The position numbers were made by a program, and so were the translations under genes. The notes beneath the pieces were generated by a model that saw only the letters and a program-made list of their open reading frames with translations, ran no database searches and was not told the origin of the DNA. Shown here piece by piece: positions 51,830 to 60,251 of a stretch of DNA of 64,000 bases. Origin of the DNA: a virus; the IMG/VR virus record IMGVR_UViG_3300021093_000045, positions 14,795 to 78,794 of that record; one strand, written 5' to 3'. Position 1 is the stretch's first letter, and every line of letters starts with the position of its first letter.

Positions 51830-52486
51830 ATGAAAAATAAAAAAGCATTTACTTTGATTGAATTACTAGTGGTAATAGCTATAATTGCAATATTAGCCGG
51901 TCTTTTATTACCATCATTGAGTAAAGCAAAAAGTAAAGCGCTTCAAATACAATGTTTAAACAACTCTAGGCAATTGGGTCTTTCAGCTGAACAATATAAG
52001 TTAGATTATAATGACATATATCCGCCGCGTAGTTTGACAAATCAGTGGCCATTAGCATTAAAACCATATTATGAGAATGTTGGTATATTAAGATGTCCTG
52101 TCGATAAATTTACAAATAATCTAGTTGAAACAAACATTAACAAATCAAATCGTAGTTTTATAATCAATGGATTTAATGATTATTACTATGAATATTTTGA
52201 CGCGGATTGGGACATTTTAGAGGAACCATTGAAGTCTAGTTCCATTCTATTCGTAAGTGAAACAGTAATATTTGGGGAAAAGTTAGGAAATTCAAGACAT
52301 TTTTATATGGATATATTTGAAGGAAAAGGTAATGATCAAACTGAATTAGATTTTAAAAAGCACAACAATGGAGCATCATATATATATGCAGATGGACATG
52401 CTTCGTATTTAAAGTATCCTCAAATATTTCAACCCGAAAATAAGTGGGCAATTGTCCAATCCTACAGAACTAATTACTCTCTATGA
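51830..52486 (+). CDS. Prepilin-type N-terminal cleavage/methylation protein with C-terminal H-X9-DG motif (PVC type)
   Basis: [31 protein letters not shown]...[10 protein letters not shown]...LRCP.D...[14 protein letters not shown]. Confidence 0.9.
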   Translation: MKNKKAFTLIELLVVIAIIAILAGLLLPSLSKAKSKALQIQCLNNSRQLGLSAEQYKLDYNDIYPPRSLTNQWPLALKPYYENVGILRCPVDKFTNNLVETNINKSNRSFIINGFNDYYYEYFDADWDILEEPLKSSSILFVSETVIFGEKLGNSRHFYMDIFEGKGNDQTELDFKKHNNGASYIYADGHASYLKYPQIFQPENKWAIVQSYRTNYSL

Positions 52487-52523
52487 TATTTTCCAAGTGA
52501 GTTTTTTTAATATTTATTAACAG

Positions 52524-53459
52524 ATGACAACAACTCCTTCTTCAACTGATATAGCTAATGCACAAGTTAATTTGAATAACATGATAATATTCAATAACCA
52601 GTTTTACTCGTATGGTAATTCTAAGATATTAAATGCATATGCCTTGTTACAACAAACAGATAATCAAGATCTGGGTTTACAAATAGGTGTAAATCTTCTT
52701 ACAAGTGCAACATCAGCATTGGGTGGTTGTATTGGATTTGGAGGAGCATTAGCTGGTAATTTTATTGCTTCTATGGTAGCTCAATATGCTACAACTACAC
52801 CACCGTGTTTGGCTGGAGAGTTTGCTGATCTTATGAGTAGATTTGAACAAACATCACTACAATGTGGTAGTGATTTACAAAATTTGTATGCCAATACATC
52901 TGGATTGTGGAACAATACTTATAGTGGACAATTAATCACTCCATTTGCTACTACGACAATTTCTGGCAATGTTTCTGATTTGGCTACACCAAATTTATTT
53001 CCAAGCCAAGATGATCCACTATTCAATAGTTTATTGGAAACAGCTACATATGCTTTGGATCAATCTATTTGGTCAGTATTGTTAAAGAGGTTTGTAATTA
53101 CATCATATCAACCATCCCAAGAGTATGTTACTTCACAATTTACTGAACAAGATATGCAGAACAATGCTGCAAGTTTTTATGGAAAAAATCTAGCTTACTA
53201 TAATACTTGGGTGTACGAATCTGCCAAAAATTCTAAAAATGATGCCTATTGGGAAACACAAAGTAATTTAGGCGTTGGATACTCGCTAACAAGTGATGGT
53301 AGTTTGAACAATCAAGCCTGTCAATATTTGTTTATTGATAGTTACAATGGAATAGTAATTAATTCAGCCGGTTTATTTGAAAGAGAGTTTGTGTTTACCA
53401 GTTTAAATATTCCAACAGCTACACATACATTTCCAAGTCCAACACCACCTCCTCTATGA
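52524..53459 (+). CDS. Hypothetical protein, Lys/Arg-poor, with a Gly/Ala hydrophobic segment
   Basis: 311 aa ORF; TATTTAT 6 nt upstream; ends PSPTPPPL. Confidence 0.6.
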   Translation: MTTTPSSTDIANAQVNLNNMIIFNNQFYSYGNSKILNAYALLQQTDNQDLGLQIGVNLLTSATSALGGCIGFGGALAGNFIASMVAQYATTTPPCLAGEFADLMSRFEQTSLQCGSDLQNLYANTSGLWNNTYSGQLITPFATTTISGNVSDLATPNLFPSQDDPLFNSLLETATYALDQSIWSVLLKRFVITSYQPSQEYVTSQFTEQDMQNNAASFYGKNLAYYNTWVYESAKNSKNDAYWETQSNLGVGYSLTSDGSLNNQACQYLFIDSYNGIVINSAGLFEREFVFTSLNIPTATHTFPSPTPPPL

Positions 53460-54289
53460 TCAAATTTAAAGATATACTAAACGAAGCCCCCCTAGGCGCA
53501 TATACAACATTAGGCGGATTTGAAAAAGGCGCTTCATACAAAGATCCAAGAGACAGAGCTGCACTAAGTCATCCAGTAACCATACAAAAAGTCAAGGATA
53601 TGTTAAAAAATACATCAGTCAACTTTGATTTTTATTTTGTTAACAAGCCTGGTTTAAGACAATTCAGCGAAAAAGGTAGAGTACCATACGAATTTCTCGT
53701 AAAACCATATCCAGAAGGTTTGGGTTTAGATCCTAACCAATTCAAAATCAATAGTGATAACATCACAGTATTCTTTGTAAGCAATACAGCCGCTGATAAA
53801 ATTCCTATGACTGCGTGGACTATAATTCATAGAGTAGGTCACGTAATGAATAAAACACATCAATTCAAAGAATATACTGACTGGGTTGATAAAGAATTTA
53901 ATGAACTGTTAAAGATTTACGGTAAAAGCAAAGAAAACACAAGATATGGCAGTGATGATTATAAAAAATCCAGAACATTTGATTTAGCCAAAGGTAGATT
54001 GTTTAACCATATTGGTACAATGCGTAGTGCCAGAGAAGGTAAACTACATCGTAGATACTACGAATTTTACTATGAATTGTTTGTACAATATTTAAAAGAC
54101 GGTAAAATTACATTTAATCCTCTTACCAAAAAGCTTTTGGTAGGATTTGGTCCTTATGGTAGCAAAACTATAGCAACCACACAAAATTTAGAAGAAGCAC
54201 AAGAAAAATTAGATAATATTGCAAATACAATACCATATCTAATTGAAGATGTTTTAGGAGCTAATATAGGCGATATATTCGTAATGTGA
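53456..54289 (+). CDS. Hypothetical protein (possible internal head protein)
   Basis: MIKFKDILNEA leader; HRVGH, a degenerate zincin-like motif. Confidence 0.6.
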   Translation: MIKFKDILNEAPLGAYTTLGGFEKGASYKDPRDRAALSHPVTIQKVKDMLKNTSVNFDFYFVNKPGLRQFSEKGRVPYEFLVKPYPEGLGLDPNQFKINSDNITVFFVSNTAADKIPMTAWTIIHRVGHVMNKTHQFKEYTDWVDKEFNELLKIYGKSKENTRYGSDDYKKSRTFDLAKGRLFNHIGTMRSAREGKLHRRYYEFYYELFVQYLKDGKITFNPLTKKLLVGFGPYGSKTIATTQNLEEAQEKLDNIANTIPYLIEDVLGANIGDIFVM

Positions 54290-54304
54290 ATTATATTTAA
54301 ATAT

Positions 54305-55114
54305 ATGAACTTACTTGAATTACTTAAAAAAAACAGATTGACAGAAGGTGTAGACGATCCATCTACACTCAAATGTATATTTATGGCGGGTGGACCTGGT
54401 AGTGGTAAAAGCACAGTTGCAAATGAATTGTTTGATTTACCGTCTGATTCCTCGGTCAACAAGTATGGGTTAAAGTTAATCAACAGTGATAATGAATTTG
54501 AACAAATGCTTCAGAAAATGAAGATTTCATCTGATTTGAGTAAGTTGAGTCCAGATGAATTTAAAAAATTGACAATCGGCCCACAATCTACTAGAGAAAA
54601 AGCAAAACAAATAACAAATAAAAAATTGGTCATGTATAGAAACTCCCGATTGGGTCTTATCATAGATGGTACAGGTGATAGTATACAATCCATACAAATA
54701 AAGAAAAGAATTATGGAGCAATATGGTTATGATTGTTATATGATATTTGTAAACACAAGCTTGCAAGTAGCAATCGAACGAAACAATAAAAGACCTCGTA
54801 AAATACCTGAAGATTTATTGTCGCAAATGTGGTTCAGTTGTCAAAATAACATGGGACATTTTCAAAACATATTTGGGAACAATTTCAAGATTGTTGATCG
54901 TACAAAAAGTGGTGAGCCAATCGATAAAAGTGTATTGAGAAGTGTGATTCAATTCTTGAAGAGTCCTGTTAAGAATCCAATCGGTAAGATGTGGTTGCAA
55001 AATTATTATAATAATGTCAAAAAAGTAGACACTACTAAAGACGATTTTGATCATCTAGACTTGGTTTATCCTAATATAGAACCAATGCGTCCTAGAAGTA
55101 ATTATTCTGGCTGA
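54305..55114 (+). CDS. P-loop kinase (zeta-toxin/AAA_33-like)
   Basis: FMAGGPGSGKS, INSD, LIIDGTG, FVNTSLQVAIERN..R.R. Confidence 0.82.
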   Translation: MNLLELLKKNRLTEGVDDPSTLKCIFMAGGPGSGKSTVANELFDLPSDSSVNKYGLKLINSDNEFEQMLQKMKISSDLSKLSPDEFKKLTIGPQSTREKAKQITNKKLVMYRNSRLGLIIDGTGDSIQSIQIKKRIMEQYGYDCYMIFVNTSLQVAIERNNKRPRKIPEDLLSQMWFSCQNNMGHFQNIFGNNFKIVDRTKSGEPIDKSVLRSVIQFLKSPVKNPIGKMWLQNYYNNVKKVDTTKDDFDHLDLVYPNIEPMRPRSNYSG

Positions 55115-55653
55115 ACATTTGGTACACAATAAGATGGTTTACATTGACCAAATTTAATTGGACTTTTTATTAATAAAGTACCAAATAACCAATCAGCAAA
55201 TGGCAGTACCACATTATAGTTTTTATGCATATATCTATGATGTAATAAATGGTGTCCGTTTAGTTTCTTAAACCATAATCTATATTCTACATTTCTACTT
55301 TTTGGAAAATGCATACACCAGTGTATAAATTCATACATTCCGTAATAACACATAGACACAACAAATGTTAACAAGAATATTTTATATCCAAATATAAACA
55401 TAGGTAATGCAGCTAGTAATGAGATTACCACGCCATTCCACCAAGCCATAGGAATCTTTTTACCATCATCTCCATTTTGAGCGTGATAAGTTTCGTCGTA
55501 CTTATAAATATTATGATGTACCTTGGTGTGAGCTTTATACGCGTATTCAAACTTGAAAAGTGACTTATGCATCAAATATTTATGTAATAGCCACTCAAAT
55601 ATACTACACCAGAGAATTAGTAGCAATATGGTTAAAAATGTCATTAATATCAT
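55102..55653 (-). CDS. Fatty acid hydroxylase / sterol desaturase family membrane protein
   Basis: His boxes HKYLMH, HTKVHH, HWCMH, HHLLHH; NYNV...DWLFGT; transmembrane segments. Confidence 0.88.
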   Translation of the reverse strand: MILMTFLTILLLILWCSIFEWLLHKYLMHKSLFKFEYAYKAHTKVHHNIYKYDETYHAQNGDDGKKIPMAWWNGVVISLLAALPMFIFGYKIFLLTFVVSMCYYGMYEFIHWCMHFPKSRNVEYRLWFKKLNGHHLLHHRYMHKNYNVVLPFADWLFGTLLIKSPIKFGQCKPSYCVPNVQPE

Positions 55654-55704
55654 TCTTCATATAAATATCAAACGATATATCCTACAAATAATATTTATAA
55701 CTAT

Positions 55705-56985
55705 ATGATTAGTTTAAACCGACTTTTGATTGAAAATCCAGATACCGTATATTTTAAGAAAAAGACTTATAATTACTCTACTCCAGCTAATAAATGTGCT
55801 TTTCTTGTTTATAAAGATGAAAAAGCAAATAAGAATTTGGTATTTGGATATAGCGTTATTAAAAAAGTATTTCTTTGTGATGATCCGGATGTACTAAAAG
55901 AGATTGATGAATTGGATAAAGCTCCTGATATACAATATACATCTGATCGTGATCAACTTGATTATTGGGCACAAAAAGCATTAAGACAATTAAAGAGCGG
56001 AAATAATGGCGGTGGTCATTTACAACTAGAAAATTTATTAAAAGGTCTTGGTAGATTTGGTCCTTATGCCGATCCACTACTAAAGGGTAGGATATTCGAA
56101 GTAGATGATGATTCTGAAGAAACAACAACTACAAATTTAGATATAAAAATTGAATCAGCTATTCCAAGAGGTAAAGCTATTATTGTATCATTTTGGACAT
56201 CTAATTTGTCTAAATTGATGCCGTTTAAGAAAGAATATGAATATGCCATAGAATTCAATGGTTATAATGTAAAAGAAGTATTATATGAACCAGGCAGCAA
56301 AATCTATACCTACAATGAATTGTATGGTATTGATGAACCCAAGAAAGAACCAACGACACCTACAACACCTAAATCACAATCTGATGATAATGAAGCTACA
56401 AAGTATTTTACGATTGGAGACAAAGTAAAATTAAAAGGCATGAAAATTTTCGGTGATGTATTATTCATTGATGGTAATAATGTTACTATAGTAATAACTG
56501 ATACAGATATGCCAACAATGGCACCAATAGATTCTGAAAAAACTATTTCCTATGCATTTTTGGAACCTGATAATAAACCAGCTGGTATATCATTAGAAAA
56601 AGTAATTGATGATAAGACCCAAGAGTTTGTTGAAAAGAGAGGCAAATTACATACAACAGGAGCAAAGTTTACAACTGCTGAAAAAGCCAATTTGGAACGT
56701 GAAGTGGATAGTTTAGAAATTGAAATTAAGATACTAAATGATTTATTGAATTCGGGTGAAAAGTATTATACCGACAATGTAAAAAGTGTTGTTGCGGCTA
56801 GTGTATCACGTAAACTACATGCTAAAGAAAAAGAAAAGCTTGATAGATATAGTTTAGCAGCACAGGCTGAAAAACAATATGGTATGCCTATTGCGCAAAT
56901 AAGACAAAAATATAGAGGTGTGCCATTGGATCAATTAGTTAAGAAAGAATCAATTTACAAAAAAATTATTAAGGCTTTACTATGA
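55705..56985 (+). CDS. Hypothetical protein with an SH3/KOW-like segment
   Basis: MISLNRLLIEN leader; FTIGDKVKLKG; C-terminal coiled coil. Confidence 0.6.
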   Translation: MISLNRLLIENPDTVYFKKKTYNYSTPANKCAFLVYKDEKANKNLVFGYSVIKKVFLCDDPDVLKEIDELDKAPDIQYTSDRDQLDYWAQKALRQLKSGNNGGGHLQLENLLKGLGRFGPYADPLLKGRIFEVDDDSEETTTTNLDIKIESAIPRGKAIIVSFWTSNLSKLMPFKKEYEYAIEFNGYNVKEVLYEPGSKIYTYNELYGIDEPKKEPTTPTTPKSQSDDNEATKYFTIGDKVKLKGMKIFGDVLFIDGNNVTIVITDTDMPTMAPIDSEKTISYAFLEPDNKPAGISLEKVIDDKTQEFVEKRGKLHTTGAKFTTAEKANLEREVDSLEIEIKILNDLLNSGEKYYTDNVKSVVAASVSRKLHAKEKEKLDRYSLAAQAEKQYGMPIAQIRQKYRGVPLDQLVKKESIYKKIIKALL

Positions 56986-57998
56986 TTCAAACCAAAAAAT
57001 TAAGGGTGTTTGATTTTGACGATACACTTTTTCATACAACCGCAAAGGTATTATTAAAGCAAGGGCCTGGTAAGTTTTCATATCTTACACCTGCTGAATA
57101 TGCAGTCTATGAACCAAAACCAGGAGATGAGTTTGATTTCAGTCAATTTGAAACAATTATTAATCCTCAAATCATTAAGCCAGTTGCTAAACGATTTTAT
57201 AAAATTGTAAATGCAGGCGTTAAAGATAGGTTGACTGTCATACTGACGGCTAGAGGAGATGAAGCTAATAAGCACATCAAGAATATTATCAATAAGATAT
57301 TTAAAATTGATTTGCCGGTTATAACTCTTGGAACTGGTAATCCGCAGGCTAAAGCGGATTGGATTGTTGATAAAATTAATAACGAAGGATTTAATGATAT
57401 ATTTTTTATCGATGATAGTCCAAAGAATGTTAATACAGTTTTCAATTCAATTAAGAATTTGCCAATCAAGTATAAATTGGTTGATTTGTCTACACCTTTA
57501 AAACATGAGGTTGATAATTTACCTAAATTTGGTACTAATTTAAATGAAATACTAAAAAATATCGTTGATAAAGAAAGACTTAAAACTGCGTATAAATTTT
57601 TTGCTAAAAGATTAAATCTACCCACCGGTAAAATCAAATTAGAGTTTGGTAATTTAGATGGAAAAGTTCAGGGTAAGGTAGATGTTAAAGGTAAGAGTAA
57701 ACCATATAAAGTAGACAGCTATAAGATTATTATGAGAACAAACAGTCCTCATAGTAGCGATAATCAAATTAAAACATTAGCACACGAATGCTGGCACATC
57801 AAACAAGTTGAAGATGGTAGATACAACATTGTAGATAATAGTTGGGATGGTAAAGAATATCCTAAATATGACGATGAAGAAAAAGAAAAAACTCTACCTT
57901 GGGAAGTAGATGCCAGAATGAATGCGGAAGATTTATTTGTTGAATTCAATAGATATATGAGAGAAAAAGGGTCTGCTAGTAAGATCATTAAAATATGA
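56982..57998 (+). CDS. HAD-family phosphatase fused to an HExxH metallopeptidase-like domain
   Basis: VFDFDDTL, ILTARG, K, FFIDDSPKN; C-terminal TLAHECWHIKQ...PWEVDA. Confidence 0.8.
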   Translation: MIQTKKLRVFDFDDTLFHTTAKVLLKQGPGKFSYLTPAEYAVYEPKPGDEFDFSQFETIINPQIIKPVAKRFYKIVNAGVKDRLTVILTARGDEANKHIKNIINKIFKIDLPVITLGTGNPQAKADWIVDKINNEGFNDIFFIDDSPKNVNTVFNSIKNLPIKYKLVDLSTPLKHEVDNLPKFGTNLNEILKNIVDKERLKTAYKFFAKRLNLPTGKIKLEFGNLDGKVQGKVDVKGKSKPYKVDSYKIIMRTNSPHSSDNQIKTLAHECWHIKQVEDGRYNIVDNSWDGKEYPKYDDEEKEKTLPWEVDARMNAEDLFVEFNRYMREKGSASKIIKI

Positions 57999-58264
57999 GT
58001 TTACCATATAACGAAACAAATTTAGGAAATAATGAATATATTCGTGAATTCAATTCAAATGTAGATATTCATCAATTAGAATGGCATTTGGATAAAGAAG
58101 ATAGGCTGATAGAAGTGGTAAAAAATGAAGGTAATTGGCAAATACAATTAGATAATTCGCTACCAGTTTCTTTTGATAAAAAAATTTTTATACCAAAAGA
58201 AACATATCATAGGGTTATCAAAGGAACAGGAAATCTTGTTGTTAAAATAATCAAATTTATATGA
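57995..58264 (+). CDS. Small cupin-like protein
   Basis: EWHLDKEDR...IFIPKETYHRVIKG. Confidence 0.65.
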   Translation: MSLPYNETNLGNNEYIREFNSNVDIHQLEWHLDKEDRLIEVVKNEGNWQIQLDNSLPVSFDKKIFIPKETYHRVIKGTGNLVVKIIKFI

Positions 58265-58398
58265 ACAAAAAGGTAAAAAATATTCTAAAAAAGGTGTTGG
58301 ACACCAAGAAAAAGAAAGATGCGTTGCTTCTTAAAGAAAAACTACAATCAAAACCAAAACCATCTGTATATAAGATAATTGCGGATTCTTTTATATAA
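58261..58398 (+). CDS. Possible 45-aa Lys-rich ORF
   Basis: ATGA overlap with the previous stop; MNKKVKNILKKVLDTKKKKDALLLKEKL... Confidence 0.35.
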   Translation: MNKKVKNILKKVLDTKKKKDALLLKEKLQSKPKPSVYKIIADSFI

Positions 58399-58443
58399 AA
58401 TTACATATATACCATTAAAATAGTGAAATTACCATTCATTCGA

Positions 58444-58450
58444 TATTTAT
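58444..58450 (+). promoter_or_regulatory. Representative TATTTAT putative late-promoter element
   Basis: The same heptamer occurs 4-7 nt before ATGs at 10772, 14652, 33582, 42173, 49099, 50037, 51596, 52511 and 55692, and on the minus strand before 43679 and 55653. Confidence 0.65.
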
Positions 58451-58455
58451 AATAA

Positions 58456-59673
58456 ATGAGTGCTAATTTAGATCAAGATAGGATAAGATGGCCCGGCAGT
58501 GGTAGTGCTGTAACGTCTAGCAACGTTCCTTTTGGTTATTATTTGGACGAGATCTGTAATAGTGGTGAGACCACGTTTGAAAATGATTGTAGTAGCAGTG
58601 CAATGTGGGCTGCGAAACGTCTTGGGTATCCAATTGTTGATATAGAAATGATAGATGAAAATTTCTATGCTTGTTTTGAAGAATCCGTTCTTGAATATAA
58701 TCGTGTAGTTAACGAGTTTAATATTGTTAACAACATGGCAGATTTAACTGGTTTACCACAAGATCAATATCCAAATTTAACTGGACTGGGCGTAAAAAGC
58801 ACTGGTTTGCCATTTGTTGTACAACTTAGTAAACAATATGGTAGTGAAGCTCTAGTGAATGGTGAAACACCACTAAAGAGAAATTATATAAACGTATCTG
58901 CAAGTATAAGTGGTAGTGAACAATTATACGATTTAAACAAATTGATTGGTGAAGATATAGAACACTTGACCGGATCAAGAATTGAAGTTCGTAGAGTATT
59001 TCATTTTAGAACACCGGCTGTTGCTCGTATATACGATCCATTCAGCATGACTGGTATGAGTTATAGTAACATATTATCAGAACTTGGTTTTAGTGCTTAT
59101 AGTCCGGCAACTCAATTCTTGATGACTCCGATATTTGAAGACTTAGAACGTATTCAAGCTATTGAATTCAATGATATGGTACGTAAGAGTCAATATAGTT
59201 TTGAAATAGTTGGTAATAATAAACTCAGAATATTCCCAATACCAATGAATGATGTAAAAATTTGGATTGATTATTATCTAGAAAATGATAAAAATATTAC
59301 CAATTTTTTTAGTGGTTCAAGATACGAATATGTTAGTGATCCGAGTGATATCCCTTACGAATATTGTACATATTGTAAAATTAATCAGTCAGGAAAACAA
59401 TGGATTAAAAAGTATTTCTTAGCACTTTGTAAAGAAACACTTGGTCGTATACTTCAAAAGTATAGCACGGTTCCAATTCCAGGTGGCGAAGTTACCTTAG
59501 ATGGTGCTGAATTACGTGCTGAGGCTAAGGAGGAAACAAGCAATCTTATCGAGAAATTACGAGAAATGTTGGAGAAAAGTTTACGTGTCAACCAATTAGA
59601 AAACAAGGATAAAGAATCTGAGTCTATGAACAAAATGCTATCTAAAGTTCCATTACACATTTATATTGGATAA
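58456..59673 (+). CDS. Neck / head-tail adaptor protein (T4 gp13-like)
   Basis: KRLGYPIVDIEM, WIKKYFLALCKETLGRI..KYS..PIPGGEVTLDG. Confidence 0.85.
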   Translation: MSANLDQDRIRWPGSGSAVTSSNVPFGYYLDEICNSGETTFENDCSSSAMWAAKRLGYPIVDIEMIDENFYACFEESVLEYNRVVNEFNIVNNMADLTGLPQDQYPNLTGLGVKSTGLPFVVQLSKQYGSEALVNGETPLKRNYINVSASISGSEQLYDLNKLIGEDIEHLTGSRIEVRRVFHFRTPAVARIYDPFSMTGMSYSNILSELGFSAYSPATQFLMTPIFEDLERIQAIEFNDMVRKSQYSFEIVGNNKLRIFPIPMNDVKIWIDYYLENDKNITNFFSGSRYEYVSDPSDIPYEYCTYCKINQSGKQWIKKYFLALCKETLGRILQKYSTVPIPGGEVTLDGAELRAEAKEETSNLIEKLREMLEKSLRVNQLENKDKESESMNKMLSKVPLHIYIG

Positions 59674-59676
59674 TTT

Positions 59677-60249
59677 ATGGCTATCCCAAATTCACCACAA
59701 TATCCACAGCAAAATCCTGCGTTTAAAGAATATTGGACACAAGGAAGAAAAGATGTTGGGATTTATAATCCAAATTATTTGCCAGGTAGATTTTATTCAA
59801 AAAGAGATATGAACTTATTAAGTTCTGTTAACGCAGAATTTTTTGGTGATATCGCTGAAATAGTTGTACAAGTGTTTAAGATTGCTATTAACGAAACTAC
59901 CGTAAACATGTATGGTGAATCAGTTTCTTCACAAGGTAAAATGTTTTATCCGGCAATTAATCTTTCATGTTTAGCCGAACGTGAAGATATAACTGGTGAA
60001 AATGCATCAAAATTTGGTCCTGACAGAAACCAAAACACAATTTTTAAGTTCAGAGAACGTGATTGTATTATTACAAACTTTTTTCCAGAAATTGGAGATG
60101 TTGTTTTGTATAACGAAAGATTTTATGAAATGGATAATGTTGTACAAGAACAATTCCTTGGAGGTCACCCAGATAAGTCTTGGAGTTTAATAGTCAATAC
60201 TCACTATACGAGATTAAGTAAACTAAATATCATACAAAGACAAAATTAA
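59677..60249 (+). CDS. Neck / head-closure protein (T4 gp14-like)
   Basis: NMYGES, FPEIGDVVLY..FYEMDNV; position after the gp13-like gene. Confidence 0.7.
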   Translation: MAIPNSPQYPQQNPAFKEYWTQGRKDVGIYNPNYLPGRFYSKRDMNLLSSVNAEFFGDIAEIVVQVFKIAINETTVNMYGESVSSQGKMFYPAINLSCLAEREDITGENASKFGPDRNQNTIFKFRERDCIITNFFPEIGDVVLYNERFYEMDNVVQEQFLGGHPDKSWSLIVNTHYTRLSKLNIIQRQN

Positions 60250-60251
60250 TT

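Noticed and set aside
54305-55114. Zeta toxin-antitoxin module
   Set aside because: No adjacent antitoxin-like gene; only a generic P-loop kinase can be supported.
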